Below, one piece after another: positions 1 through 13,968 of a stretch of DNA of 64,000 bases; positions within the stretch are counted from its first letter, which is position 1, and every line of letters begins with the position of its first letter. Source of the DNA: Octopus sinensis. Lineage: Eukaryota. The position numbers and the translations under genes were made by a program. Under the pieces are notes generated by a model, which saw nothing but the letters and a program-made list of their open reading frames with translations, was not told the DNA's origin and did no database searches. The stretch spans positions 150,722,001 to 150,786,000 of the forward strand of contig NC_042998.1 in the NCBI RefSeq assembly GCF_006345805.1, written 5' to 3'.

Positions 1-410
1 GAGTTCGAATTCTATCCAGGATGATAGAATGCGAGCTGAGGAGGGACCTCCTCGTGGTAACTCGGCCAACTAGAAATACCAGCCATATATCCCTTAAATA
101 AGCGACGTAGAGCCTAAAAAAACAAAGGAGAGATTTGGTAATGTAGTCCTAGACGAACCATGCCTAAAGTACAGATATGATGGCTACAGTTGGAACACCT
201 GTGATATTAGTTCCAAACAGCGACATTTATGGTGACACCTTTTTTTATAGAAGAATGAAGATTGACATAAAATTTAATGAGCCCTTGCTAATGATAATAC
301 GTATGAAAAATACAAGGGAGGCAACTCTAAATTCGAAATTAAAACCTAAACAACAACATGCAATGAGGAGCGAGTTTGTTCTTTGATGTTATGGATGACG
401 GGAAGGCAAC

Positions 411-610
411 GAGCTGGCAGAATCATTAGCACGCCGGGCAAAATGCTTAGCAGCATTTCGTCGAGCTTTACGTTCTGAGTTCCAATTCCGTTGTGGTCAA
501 CTTTACCTTTCATCCCTCCGGGGTTGATAAAATAAGTACCAGTTAAGCACTGGGATCGATGTAATCGACTTACCAGCTTACTTGCTAGCCTTGTGTCAAA
601 ATTTGAAATC
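411..610 (+). mobile_element. tRNA-derived SINE family A (GAGCTGGCAGAATC...GTCGACTTTGCCTTTCATCC...)
   Basis: Multi-copy in the window: ~9053-9218, 12050-12225, 19571-19765, 27170-27370, 28139-28530, 41950-42140, 49836-50033(-), 55891-56095, 58300-58610. Confidence 0.85.
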
Positions 611-1216
611 GGTATTATAGGTGCGGGGGGGGGACAACTGCAGGCATGTTTCTGTCTTAGTGAAATATCATCTTGCAGTAACCAGTTGCCAGGGCTGCCG
701 TCTGCAAGAGGAACATATAAGTTAATTGAGGGCTCAAATATTTCTTGAAATGAGACCACAAAAAAGAATGTTTAAATTAAATTTCATCTGTAATTATCAG
801 AGTTGTCACCCTTGTTTTCGTTGACAATAATTGTCGTTAGCGCTAATGATTTTTCAATTTATTATTCGTGAAATATTGGTTGGTTAAACATTGGCTAAGC
901 GAAGAGGTAGTACGTTACATTGCACTTGACTGCATAAACGCCTAGCAGAAGGCATCTCTGGGAAATTTTGCCATGCCAATACCATTCCTATTATAGCATA
1001 TAGTATTACAAATGTCTACTTTCCCGCCAAACACCACCCACCACCACCACAACAACACCATCCTTGTAATTATAACAACCCGTCTACACCATTTCGATGT
1101 TCCCTACCCTATTCTGTTTCAGCACAATCTACCCTTATAGTTTCGGTAGTTACAACAATTAATTGTATAGGGATTACTAAAATACCCCGCCCAATACCTT
1201 CGTCACCAACCTCACT

Positions 1217-1258
<42 letters not shown>

Positions 1259-1685
1259 TCCTTCATTATCAACACCATCATTATCATCACCTTCATTACC
1301 AACAATTCCTCACCTTCCCCCATACACACACTCCCGCCATCACGCCCACATCATACTCTCAACCCCTGTTAGAGTACTTTTCTTACCAACCAAGGCATAA
1401 CCCATCCCGTACCACCAGTTCCATCCCCACCCGCCACAACCACTGTAGCACAATAACACCATACCACCACCCTCACCACAGCGAACACAACCCATCACAC
1501 CACCACAATCACACTAACTGCACAACCACACCACTACCTCTACCATCACCACCACCACTACCACCACTACTCTACCCCAAACTGTTACTGCACCTGCGAC
1601 ACTAAAACAGCAAAACTCTGGGAAAATTTTTAGCACGACGACATGTTAGTCTGAGAGTTCTAGCTGTAGTGGTGGTCGTAGTTGC

Positions 1686-1747
<62 letters not shown>

Positions 1748-1992
1748 AGTAGTAGTAGTAGTGATAATGATTTCAGATGAGGAAGGACGGTGATGGAGGA
1801 GATGAATTCAGATGGTGACGGTGCAGGAGGGGGATTAATAACAAGCGTTAGTAGTATTGTATGGTGGGGTGTGAGTGTGGTGGAGTAGAAGTGGTGGTAT
1901 TATTGTGCTGTTGTAGCCGCAGTAGTAGTCGTTGTTCGTTATGTTACAGCCTGGTCGACCGAGTGAGTCTTCGTCAGGTGAGACATACTTAC

Positions 1993-2055
1993 AGCAAAGT
2001 GGACTGAGCCGTTGTAAGTACGATTGATTTCGCCATGTCACGAAGGAGAGCTAGG
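1993..2055 (-). CDS. Candidate exon (xLALLRDMAKSIVLTTAQSTL)
   Basis: CT|GTAAGT donor at 1992; tandem AG acceptors at 2055/2050; unique sequence amid microsatellites. A plus-strand reading (1950-1977) is also possible. Confidence 0.25.
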
Positions 2056-2352
2056 CTTTACAGTAAAAGTTGTTTGATCATGTGATTTCAAAGCACGTGT
2101 CTTAATAAATTTTCAGGCTAGACAGTAGGTACTAACAAAATAAATTATCAACGAAAGACCTCATCAGATGGAAACAATATTCTTTTATTCTTTTACTTGT
2201 TTCACTCATTTAACTGTGACCATGCCGGAGCGCCTTGAAGAGATTTACTTATTTTTTAAGCCTAATACTTATCGGTCAATTTTGCCGAACCTCGAAATTA
2301 CTGGTACATAAACACACCATCACCGTTTGTCAAGCGATGATCACACACACAC

Positions 2353-2423
<71 letters not shown>

Positions 2424-2457
2424 TATGTGTGTGTGTGTGTGTATAAATATATATATA

Positions 2458-2739
2458 TGCCTGGCTCATAAGGGCCGGTTTCCCGGTTTCCTTGGCGTAT
2501 GGGTTCCCCACCTGGACGGGACGCTGGTCCGTCGTAAGTGATCTGCAAGATGCAGGAGGAAAGAGTGAGAGAAAGTTGTGGCGAAAGAGTCAGCAGAAGT
2601 TTGCCATTACCTTCTGCCGATGCCACGTGGAGCTTAGGTGTTTCGCTCATAAACACACACATCGCCCGGTCTGAAATTCGAACCCGCGATCCCTCGACCG
2701 CGAGTCCGCTGCTCTAACCACTAGGCCATGTGTCTCCAC
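2458..2739 (-). mobile_element. tRNA-derived SINE family C, tail type 1
   Basis: A-box TGGCCTAGTGG and B-box GGTTCGAATT. Body shared with 33963-34252. Confidence 0.85.
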
Positions 2740-2743
2740 ATAA

Positions 2744-2832
<89 letters not shown>

Positions 2833-3916
2833 ATGTGTGTGTGTATATATATATATATATGTGTATATATATATATGTGTGTGCATATACACGACTGGCT
2901 TCTTTCAGTTTCCGTCTACCAAATCCGCTCACAAGGCTTTGGTCGATCCGAGTTTATAGTAGAAAACACTTGTCCAATGTCCACGCAGTGGGACTGAACC
3001 CGGAACCATGTGATTGGGAAGCAAGCTTCTTGCCAGACAGCCACGCTTGTGGAGAAATTTTTAAAATAAGAATATATTTTGGTTTGGGTTATTATTGGTA
3101 GGAGTCATGATCAACGGCGATCAAGCCTTGACTATCTCGGCCTAAGATAAATTTGGTTTCTATTTCTAGTGGTTGGGCGGCCTCATAGAGGTTCAAGTTG
3201 TTTTTTTTTTAGTGTAAAGGTAGAAATCATTCTGACTCTACAACATGAAATTTAATATATTTTGTTGTATTTTCAACGACGACCCGAAGTAAGCCGTCAA
3301 CGTCACCACCACCATCATCAACATCGCTCCCAACATCAACATCACCACTACCATTGCCAACATCATTAACATGACGACGACCACCACTGCCATCAACACC
3401 ACCGTTAGCATCATCACTATCATCAATATCACCTTCCACGAATCCATTACGATCACGACCACCAACACCGCTGTTACACAGACACCGCCAAAACCACAAC
3501 CACCACCTTTACTACTTCTACTACTACCATCACCCCACTCCACGTCTACCACCACCACCACAACCCCACCATCTCCCGTTCACAATAAGCCGTTAATCCA
3601 TGTATTTAGCCGTCATTCAGCTGGGATTATAGCCCTCACCTTCCATCAACCGCCAGCACACGCACACACGCACATACACACGCATGCACGCACGCACACA
3701 CACATACAAACACGTACACAGGAACATACACACAATACGCACACATATAGCAAAAGCACCACCACCAACAATAGTATATAGATACAGTCTGTTATATACA
3801 CTTGCGAGATATTACTTGTAGCAAGGGAGGCAGAGTTGGACGTCGTATGCTCACATATACACACTCATGCACGTATCTACTGAGAAGACTGTGGGATGCT
3901 TACGTCTGTGTATGCA

Positions 3917-3955
<39 letters not shown>

Positions 3956-4002
3956 AATATGTATGTGTGTGTTTATACACAAGCACACATACACACACGC
4001 GC

Positions 4003-4045
<43 letters not shown>

Positions 4046-4046
<1 letters not shown>

Positions 4047-5469
4047 GATCTTTTCTGTTTGGTGCCACTTTTCAATATCTTCCATTTTTGTTCCAATTGA
4101 TTTCATATTTGGTGTAATGATGTATTTTTGTATGGTAATTATTGACATGAAATTCATTTTCGCCATAAATCAATGAAAAACGACTTAATAGCTTTTTAAG
4201 TTTGCAAATGTGTCATTTTAACCAATCGAAAGCCACAGACATTCCTACCTGTTTCCATAGTAACAACCCAAGCGGTCACCAAGCTTCTTATTCACGTGGT
4301 CCTTTTTCGCTTATTAAATGCTTAAAACACATGAGATATGAGGTGGTCGTGCAATGCGATCTTTTCTGTTTCGCTCCACCTGTGGAAATTTCAAAGCTTA
4401 TTGAACATTTAAAAATTTAATGTATTGATGTAATTTTCCACGCTGAATCTCATCGATCGGCTAATTAACACTTTCCAGAAAAATTGTTTAAAAAAGTTAC
4501 AGAAATCTAAAGTTTGATAAGTTTTACCCAGTCAGAAAACAAGATTTTGTGCGTGACAGCATGTGCTGTTAACTGTAAACAAATGCAAAAAAAAAAAAAT
4601 CGACGGAATTCTGCTTTACACACGCCATATTACCCCTCATAATTTTTTCTTTTGGAATTTTCAGAAAAGTTTTGCGAATTTGCATCCTGCACACGGAAAT
4701 TCATGTGATTATGTAATTTTTTTGTTTTAAATTATAATTTTGGTACGTGATTTACAGCCTATTTAGTTGTTATTTTTAGCACATCTCACGGATCTTTTCA
4801 GTTTGGCAGCCACTTCTCAATTTCTTCAACTTTTGTTTCAATTGATTAAGTATTTGGTGTATTGGTGTGTTTTTGTAAAGTAATCATTGAAATGAAATTC
4901 ATTTTCGCCATAAATCAATAAATAAGGATTTAATAGTTTTTAAGTTTACAAATTTTGGGTAAATTTAGCCAACCGAAAGCTATAGGTATATAAGTGCCTG
5001 TTTCCACAGTAACAAGCCCAGCTGTTACGAGACTGATTACCACGTATTCTTTTTGTCGCTTTTTAAATGCCTGAAATACATGCAGTATGAGACGAATGTT
5101 TCCTTGGTTTTTGCAGTTTCATGAATTTCTGTGTGTAGAATACAAATTCGCAAAAAATTTCTGGAAATTCAAAAAAAAAAAAACCGAAAAGTTATGTAGG
5201 GTTAAATGGCGTGCGTAAAGGAGAATTCCGATCAAATTTAATTTATTTACATTTGGCAACACGTGCTGTCACGCTCAAATGGAAAGCTTCAAATTCCTGT
5301 TTTCTGACTGGTTAAAAATTATTAAACTTTAAATCCCTGTAACTTCTTTCCAAAATTTTTCTGGGAAAGGTGAATTATCTCCCAAGTTTCAGCGTAGAAA
5401 ATTACATCAAATTTGAAAATTTCAATAAACTTTAAAATTTCGACAGGTGAAGCCAAGCATAAAAGATCC
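4046..5469. mobile_element. Composite fold-back element(s) beginning GGATCTTTTC
   Basis: Block A (4046-~4335) is directly repeated at 4790-~5090. Block B (4358-~4700) is inverted at ~5110-5469. All block ends share GATCTTTT. Confidence 0.7.
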
Positions 5470-5540
5470 TAGAATTAAGAGTTAGACGAGTATAGAGCGA
5501 GAACAAGAAAAAGAGATGGCAGGGTAAATAATGGTTATGT

Positions 5541-5640
5541 NNNNNNNNNNNNNNNNNNNNNNNNNNNNNNNNNNNNNNNNNNNNNNNNNNNNNNNNNNNN
5601 NNNNNNNNNNNNNNNNNNNNNNNNNNNNNNNNNNNNNNNN
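5541..5640. other. Assembly gap (100 N)
   Basis: Run of exactly 100 N. Confidence 1.
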
Positions 5641-6559
5641 ATATAAAGTATGAAATTAAATGAAAATATATTTCTTGCAAAATTTTGAGGAACTTCGCAG
5701 TCTCACTTTGATGAAACTACCTACTACTCCAGAAATAGTTGTCCCCTAACCACATCTCACTCTAGTTGTAATACTCTCCCTCTTCTTCACTTGGACTGAG
5801 CATCTGTGACTGTCAGTCATTCCATTCTCTCCTAAATGAGATGACAGTTTGTGGCTACGAACAAAAGCCCATTGCCAGCAATAATATGCACACACACACA
5901 CACACACACACACACAACACACATACACCTTCACATACACATACATAACACGCGCGCACGCGCAATCTGCTTCTCAACCACATGGTTCGGGTTCAGTCCC
6001 AGTGCGTGTGGTACCTTGAGTAAGTTCCTTCTACTATAGTTTCGGGCCAATCAAAGCTTTGCGGGTGGATTTGGTAGATGGAAACTGAAAGAAGCCCATC
6101 GTATATATATATAGTGTGTGTGTGTGTATGTGTGTGTGTGTGTGTGTGTGAGTGTGTGTGTGTGGGTGTTTTTGTATGTGTTTGTCCCCCATCACTGCTT
6201 GACAACCGGTACTGATGTGTTTACGTCCTCGTAACTTAGCGCTTCGACAAAAGAGTCCTACAGAATAAATACTTAGCTTAAAAAATAAGTCCTGGAGTCG
6301 ATTTGTTCGACTAAAAACCCTTTCAAGGTGGTGGTCACGCATGGCTGCCATTAAATGACTGAAACAAGTAAAAGAACAAAATAATAAAAAAATATTATAT
6401 CATCATCATCATCCCTTCAATCATATGCACGGTATTCACTTTCGGTTAAAATGGCTTATTGATGTGCTTTGATTCTCTTTTTTCCCTGACAAGATGATTA
6501 CATTGTTTTACAATGATGTAAAATTACATCATTTTATTCCCACAGGAATAATAGCAATG

Positions 6560-7015
6560 ATTTCTTTGGGCACCATTCGAGTATGATCGTTACCAGCGTC
6601 GCCTTACTGGCACTTGTGCATGTGCTAGTAGGGTGCCAAGAGCACCATCCGAGCGTGATCGTTGCCAGAGCAGCCAACTGGCTTCCGTACCCGTGACATG
6701 TAAAAGGGCACCATTCGAGCGTGATCGTTACCAACGTCGCTTCACTGGCACCTGTGCCGGTGGCACGTATAAAAAAATTCAAGCGAGGTCATTGCCTGTA
6801 CCGCCTGACTGGCCCCCGTGTCGGTGGCATGTAAAAAGCACCCACTACACTCTCGGAGTGGTTGGCGTTAGGAAGGGCATCCAGCTGTAGAAACTCTGCC
6901 AGATCAAGATTGGAGCCTGGTGCAGCCATCTGGTTCGCCAGCCCTCAGTCAAAATCGTCCAACCCATGCTAGCATGGAAATCGGACGTTAACGATGATGA
7001 TGATGATGATGATAT
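6560..7015 (+). mobile_element. SINE-like element with internal tandem subunits and (GAT)n tail
   Basis: Three to four CACCATTCGAGCGTGATCGTT.. subunits, a GGCGTTAGGAAGGGCATCCAGC domain, and a (GAT)n 3' tail. Confidence 0.75.
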
Positions 7016-7017
7016 AT

Positions 7018-7058
<41 letters not shown>

Positions 7059-7297
7059 ATATAATTTCTTTTGTTTGTTTCGCACATTGAGCTGCGGCCA
7101 TGATGGGCACCACTTTGAAGGGTCAAACAAATGACGTCCAGTACTTTTTTTTTTAGCTCTGGTACTTATTCTGGTACTTAGTCTGTTTTTCGTTTTTTTT
7201 TACGAACCCCGTAGTTGAGGAGACATAAACAAAATAACGCCGGTTACAAGCGGTGGAAGACAAGCACAAACACAGGCAGAATTCACTTACATATTTA

Positions 7298-8225
7298 CAG
7301 GGTGCGGCAAAATGATTTGACACATTTATAGGTTTAATAAAAGTGAAATAGAGAAAAGAATGAAAATTTTTTCTTTCCGAAATGTACATATAATGCCATT
7401 TTGTTTCAATAGGTGCAATTTTGTGACATTTTGTTTCATTTTGCTTTCAGTTGTTAACATGCATTGGACGAGTGAGCATTGCACTTTCATTGGGGAAATG
7501 TTTATCAAGGACAACGGATCTGTAGCTGCAACATGAAGATTGTTCCATATGCACTTAAGACTTGGTCATCATGATCCCATAACTACTTGAAATTCTACAG
7601 CAGTAGAATTTGGCATTTGAGGTCTGTACATCTTCGAAGAAGACAATGTTACAGTGACTGTGAACTTTGATCAATATTGTGTGATGCTAGAGAATTTTCT
7701 GAAACCCAAATTGAAAGAACTTGACGAAGGGAGAGTGTTTGGTTTCAACAGGATGGGGCAGCAGTCCACACTGATATATGTTGGGGATTTTGAGGGAGAT
7801 GTTCCCCGGTCATTTGATCTCATTGTGTGGTGACATCAGTTAGCCTGCCCAATCACTCGATTTGAACCCATGCAGTTTTTTCTGTGAGATACCTGAAAGC
7901 AGAGGTATACACTCATTGCCCTCGATCTATTAAACAATTAAAAGATGCTATTCATCAAGAAATTGCTGCCATTCCACATGAAATGACACGTCATGTTATG
8001 GACAACTTTCGTGAATGCCTTTCGACAGTGTGTGGACAATAACAGCACCCATTTGACTGGTTTAATTTTTAAAACCAAGTGAAATAAAATGGCATTATAT
8101 GTACATTTCGAAAATGAAAACACTTTTTTCGTTTTAGCTCTGGTACTTATTATATCGATCTGTTTTTTATTCGTCCTTTACTCTTCTGTTGCTTTTATTA
8201 AACCTACAAATATTCATGTCATTTA
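7298..8225 (+). mobile_element. Tc1/mariner relic with long TIRs, DD41D (rosa)-like
   Basis: Preceded by TA. ~100-bp inverted ends (..GAAATGTACATATAATGCCATTTT../..AAAATGGCATTATATGTACATTTC..). Internally WFQQDG, REMFPGHLISLCGDI, LNPC..FFL and LKDAIHQEIAAIP. Subfamily inferred from the MFPG-LIS-GD-WP motif. Confidence 0.75.
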
Positions 8226-8920
8226 AGTTACGATGACGACTGTGCCAGTTGTGTTCGTCAACTTGACATGCAAATGGCTGAGCACTCCAGAGATAAGCAT
8301 ACCCCTTAACGTAGTTCTCAGGGCGGATTGAGGAGTCAGCGTGACACAGTGAGTGACAAGACTGCCTCTTTGAACTATACAGGACAACTCGTGTTTATTC
8401 AGCTAAGTGGAGTGGAGAAAAGAGAAATCAAATGTCTTGCTCAAAGATATATGAACTGCAGAGAATTGAAACTCACGGCCTACGATTGTGAGCCGAAACT
8501 CTAATCAGCAAACCACGTACCTCAGCATAGCCACAGTTCAATAACTGAAAGGCGTTGAAGAAGAAATATAAAATAGATGAGACGAGAGGGGGTGGGTAAG
8601 TGTGTAACACCTCAAAAGACATCAAACTTATTGCAATATTGGTTCTCTCGTGTTTCACTTGGATGCACATCACCACACCACAACACTGACGAAATGTTCA
8701 ATGTACATTCCATGGTATTTGTACACTCGTATGAATCACACTGCGCGCGCGCGTATGATGTGTGTACGTGTGCGTATGTGTCCGTAAATCTATTTAAGAA
8801 ATTGTTTGTAGGTGTGTATGTGTGTGGTAAGTAAAACATATTAAAATAGAGTATATATATGAATATGTATATGTATACGTGTGTGTGTGTATGTGTGTGT
8901 GTGTGTATGTATGTGTGTGT

Positions 8921-8974
<54 letters not shown>

Positions 8975-9269
8975 GCGTGTTTTGCATATGTGCACAAGTG
9001 TTTATATATCTTATGTCTACGTATGTCAATATACTGAGAAACATCAGACACCGAGCTGGCAGAATCGTTAGACCGTCGGGCAAAATGCTTAGCAGCATTT
9101 CGTCTGTCTTTATGTCTGAGTTCAAATTCCACCGAGGTCAACTTTACCTTTTATCCTTTGAGGGTCAAAAATTAAGTACCAGTTAAGTACTCCGAAATTG
9201 CGGGCCTTGTACTAAAATTATATATAATATAAAACCAGTGGCTTAGCATATTATAAAAACTTGTGTTAC

Positions 9270-9560
9270 AAAATTAAGAGAATGACCACTAAAATGGACA
9301 CCTAATATGCTAAACATAGACGTCAAATCGTCATTACCACGAAGAGTGTGTTCTCAAGAAAATTTCAGCAAACGCCAAAATGTAAAAATGAGCAAGACAA
9401 ATAAAAATATACGAAATAAAAAAACGTTGCTGAGATTTTTCTTAAGAACACACTCTTCGTGGTAATGGCGATTTGGCGTCTATGTTTAGCATATTAGGTG
9501 TTCCACTTTAGTGGTTATTCCTCTTAATTTTATATATATATATTATATATATATATATTA

Positions 9561-9600
<40 letters not shown>

Positions 9601-9677
9601 TATATATATTTTAAAATTAAGAGGAATAACCACTAAAGTGAGACACCTAATATGCTAAACATAGACGCCAATCGCCA
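9270..9677. repeat. Triple-arm inverted repeat around (TA)n
   Basis: Arm 1 9270-9371 (+), arm 2 9427-9531 (-), arm 3 9613-9677 (+). Confidence 0.85.
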
Positions 9678-9704
9678 ATATATATTATATATATATATAG
9701 TGTA

Positions 9705-10818
9705 TAAATAAAAATATATACATACAAACATATACGTACGTACCTACATCTACATGTATATATACATGCATATATAGATAAATATACGTAAGTACAGGAC
9801 ACCACAGCAAGACGTAGAAACGGAAAAAACAAAAATTTAAAAATTTACAACAAGAAAACAAGTGCAGGACATGCTATACAAGGAAAAATCCACCGTCATC
9901 AGCTGTCGCTAGTTAACTCAGGCGTGTTTCGAAGGCAAGACAGGACACACCGTCAACTAGGCCTTCCTGCGAGAGAATTAAAATAAAATTCCAAGCAGCG
10001 GGGTAAAACGGGTAAGAACACAAACAGGATGTAACAATAAAACTGCACAAAAAAATACAAGATAAAAATACATGTACAAAAAAATACAAGATAAAAATAC
10101 ATGTACAAAAAAAAATACAAGACGAGAAATAAAAAGAGAATACAATACGGGAAATCAACAACAAGAGAACAAATGAGAAAAAACAAACAAACGAAAAAGG
10201 CCTTTTTGGGGGGCTAGACGAAAGATGTTGTTGTGGCAGCGTGTGGAAAGCATGACTTTTCAGTAGCAGAGGCAGCGTGCAAAGAAAGAAGAAATTTTAG
10301 GCTGGCAGTGAGAAAGAAGGGAGGAGGAGGGGGACACGCGGCTAAGAGGAGAGAAAAGAGGAAGAGTGAGAGGGAGAGAGAGGAGAGGGTAAAGCAAAGG
10401 GAGAGAATTATGCGTCTTAAATATTTTATATAAAATTAATGGAGACAAGAAGTGGAACGAACCGACGAATCGAAACGAACCCGACGCGAGGCGCTGTCAG
10501 ACAATAATGTAATAAATAAAAATATATGCATACATACAAACATATATGTACGTACCTACATCTACATGTATATATACATGCATATATAAATAAATATACG
10601 TAAGTACAGGACACCACAACAAGACGTAGAAACGGGAAAAACAAAAATTTAAAAATTTACAACAAGAAAACAAGTGCAGGACATGCTACACAAGGAAAAA
10701 TCCACCGTCATCAGCTGTCGCTAGTTAACTCAGGCGTGTTTCGAAGGCAACTAGGCCTTCCTGCGAGAGAATTAAAATAAAATTCCAAGCAGCGGGGTAA
10801 AACGGGTAAGAACACAAA
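9705..10818 (-). mobile_element. Non-coding element with ~310-bp terminal direct repeats (Penelope pseudo-LTR-like)
   Basis: Repeats at 9705-10024 and 10513-10818 (second has an 18-bp deletion at CAA microhomology). GA-rich body; (TA)n flanks. Confidence 0.6.
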
Positions 10819-12753
10819 TATATATATAGACACATAATATATACATATATATATATGTATGTATGTATAAATGTGTATGTGTGTGTGTGTTGTATGTATG
10901 TATGTGTATGTATGTATGTATGTAGTATGTATTGTATGTATGGATGGATGATGGATGGATGGATGGATGGATGGATGGATGGATGGATGGATCTGTATTT
11001 ATGAAGGCTGGGCTGTGGTTAAGAATTTCACTTTGCAACCACATGGTTTTTCGTTGAGTCCTCCTTCTCCTTCACTTCCACTGTGTCCTCTTCCTCTTTT
11101 ATCTCCTTCTTTCCGTCCTCCGCTTCCTCATCTTTGTTTTCATTATCAGTACCATCACCCCATTATCATCACAAGGGTCTTCATCTCCGTCTTTGTCATT
11201 TTCACATCATCGCTATCATCATCACCGTCATCTATACCATCATAATTAAACATTTTAACCTATGTCTGTCTATAACCTTGCAATTCGATAATAAGAGAAT
11301 GATAAAATAAGTACCTCATTTAAATAGGTATTGGGGGTGTTGATAGATTAAAGCCTTCAGAGACGATGCTCCATCTTGGCCACATATTATGAAATGAAAA
11401 CCGAGGTGCGGGTGTGATTGGATTGTTATGTTCAATTTAAAAAACACGGACGTTTCGTGTTCAATCCCACTGCGTGACAGTTAGCCACTTTCGTCCATGC
11501 AAGCCTGACGTGTGTATGTATGGGGGGTGGGGTTGATATATAATAGTGGTTCTTAGCCACTTTTTAAGTACGGACCCCAATGATTCCCTTTTACGCGGAT
11601 GAACCCTTATAGCCTTTCGATGTTTTAAAAAATTTTATAATATTTTTGTATTTACAGGTGTAGCTGTGTACTAAGAAGCTTCCTTCCCAACCACATGGTT
11701 CCGGGTTCAGTCCTACTGCTTGGCACATTGGATGTCTTCTACTATAGCCTCGGGCCGATCAAAGCTTTGTGAATGGATTTGGTAGGCGAAAACTAAAAGA
11801 AGCCCGTCGTGTGTGTGTGTGTGTGTGTCTTTGTGTCTGTGTTTGTCCACCACCCCATCACCACTTGACAACTGGTGTTAGTGTGTTTACGTCCTCGTAA
11901 CCTAGCGGTTCGGCTAAAGTGACCGATAAAATAAGTACTACGCTTAAAAAATAAGTCCTGAGGTCGGCTTGTTGGACAAAAAACCCTTTAAGATGATGCT
12001 CCAGCATGGCTGCAATCAAATGACGGAAACAAGTAAATAAGAAAAATATCAGTTTCAAATTTTGGGTACGAGGGCAGCAATTTCAGGGGGTACTTATTTA
12101 TCGGTCCCCAAAAGGATGATGATCAATGTCAACCTCGGCGGAATTTGAACCCGGAACAAAGACGGTCAAAATGTCGTGAAACACATTTTGCCCATCGCGT
12201 TAACAATTGTGCCAGCTCGCCGCCTTTTTGTATTTAGATATTATGAGAAAGAGTGTAAGCGAGGTTAAACTGCTGCCATGCCTGCCGAACGAGGACCAAG
12301 TACCGAGGAGATCCAGCACAGATCGAAACCATGTGGTCTCTAGCCAGTCTATTGCACATATGGACCTCCAAGCGTCACATAAACCCCGATTGAGAACCTC
12401 TGTTGTATATAGTCATAGATTCTCCTTTCTCACCCTCCCTCACTCTCTCTCTCTCTCTCTTGCTCACACAAACATCCTCACACGCCATTTCTACAACACA
12501 CACACACATACACACACACGGAAGCACGCGCACGCACATGCATGCAAGAACAAACTCACACACATACACACAAACGCACACACAACACACACTCATGCAC
12601 ACAAACACATACACACCCATACAAACTCACACACACACGCAAATATACACGCGCGTACGCACACCCACATGCACACACATACACACACACTCGCACAGAC
12701 AGACACGCAAACACTCTCCTTTCGTCTTTCGTCCATCGTCCACAATCTAGTAG

Positions 12754-12842
12754 ACAAAAGTGTTAATGGGAGAGGAGGTGGCTAAACAAATGGAGTCAGT
12801 CGGCGTGACAAGCCAGCCCCGACATGGATTGACCCCTCTCAG
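12754..12842 (+). CDS. Candidate internal exon (TKVLMGEEVAKQMESVGVTSQPRHGLTPL+2 nt)
   Basis: Pyrimidine tract + TAGTAG acceptor and CAG|GTGGGG donor. Unique GC-richer sequence; only one open frame. Confidence 0.35.
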
Positions 12843-13624
12843 GTGGGGGTCACCTCCCACCCACTGAAAGCAAGTTGTCCGCATTATCATATTAACGTCA
12901 ATAACATACACTGACAGCATTGTTGTTGTCGTCGTCGTCGTCGGCGGCGGTGGCGGTGGTGGCGGTGGTGGTGGTGGTGATGATATTGGCGGCTGTGGTA
13001 GTGGTTGTAGCGGTTGTGGTAAAGAAGGTGATGGTAAAAGACTGTGGTAGTGATTGTGATGGTCCTCACGGAGATGGTAGTCTGAAAATGGCGCTGTCAG
13101 TGATGATGGTGGTGGTATTAGTGGTTGGAAGTTCTTTTTGTTGTTGCTGTTGTTGTTGCTGTTGTCGTTGTTGTTGTTGTTGTTGTGGTGGTGGTGGTCG
13201 TCGTCGTGGTGGTCGTGGAGGTGGAGGTGGTCGTGGAGGTGGTGGTGGTGGTCGTGGTCGTGGTGGTGGTGATTGTATTGTTGTTTAGTCCCAGAGCAAC
13301 CATCATTTGGCAAACATACAATCAAAGCCAATCCATTTGTGACCATCCAATCTGTTAAAAGCGTTTAAAACTACAATATCTGTGTCTGTATTAAGTTGTC
13401 ACTTGAGAGAGCTTTGGCTGCCATTTCTGGCAGTTTGAACGATCATCTGGCAGCTCCCTCATAAGTAGTATCGAGAAGTCATCATGTGGCAGAATGTGGA
13501 TATGGTGATAGTGGAATTGTGGTGGTATTGTTAGTGGCAGTTGTACTGTCCCCATCTATGTTATTAATCCTTATGGATAATAAAGAAATAATTGTTAGTG
13601 GCAGTTGTTTAAAATTATCCAGAG

Positions 13625-13968
13625 GCGTAGGAGTGGCTGTGTGGTAAGTAGCCTGCTTACCAACCACATGGTTCCGGGTTCAGTCCCACTGCGAGGCACC
13701 TTGAGTATCTTCTACTACAGCCTCGAGCCGACCAAATCCTTGTGAGTAGATTTTTGTAGTCGAAACTGAAAGAAGCCCGTAGTATATATGTATATATATA
13801 TATATATGTTTGTGTGTCTGTGTTTGTCCCCCCACCCCCAATATCGCTTGACAACCGATGCTGGTGTGTTTACGTCCCCGTAACTTAGCAAATCCTGGGT
13901 TCGATTTGCTCGACTAAAGGCGGTGCTTCAGCATGGCGACAGTCAAATGACTGAAACAAGTAAAAGAG
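13625..13968 (+). mobile_element. tRNA-derived SINE family B with internal (TA)/(TG) microsatellite
   Basis: GTGGTAAG..CCAACCACATGGTTCCGGGTTCAGTCCC..; tail GCATGGCCGCAGTCAAATGACTGAAACAAGTAAAAGA. Other copies: ~5965-6375, 11657-12040, 19870-20265(-), 34349-34700, 38990-39368(-), 50328-50705, 51035-51430(-), 60862-61258. Confidence 0.85.

Noticed and set aside
2090-2175. CTGATGA on the minus strand as a hammerhead
   Set aside because: No stem II/GAAA in workable position and no stem I.
6560-6830. Spaced direct repeats resembling a CRISPR array
   Set aside because: Degenerate tandem subunits inside a eukaryotic SINE-like element, with similar spacers and no cas genes.
12207-12785. 192-aa ORF with a unique-looking N-terminus
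   Set aside because: The unique part overlaps a SINE tail and a hAT MITE end (minus strand CAGAGGTTCTCAATCGGGG); the rest is CA repeat.
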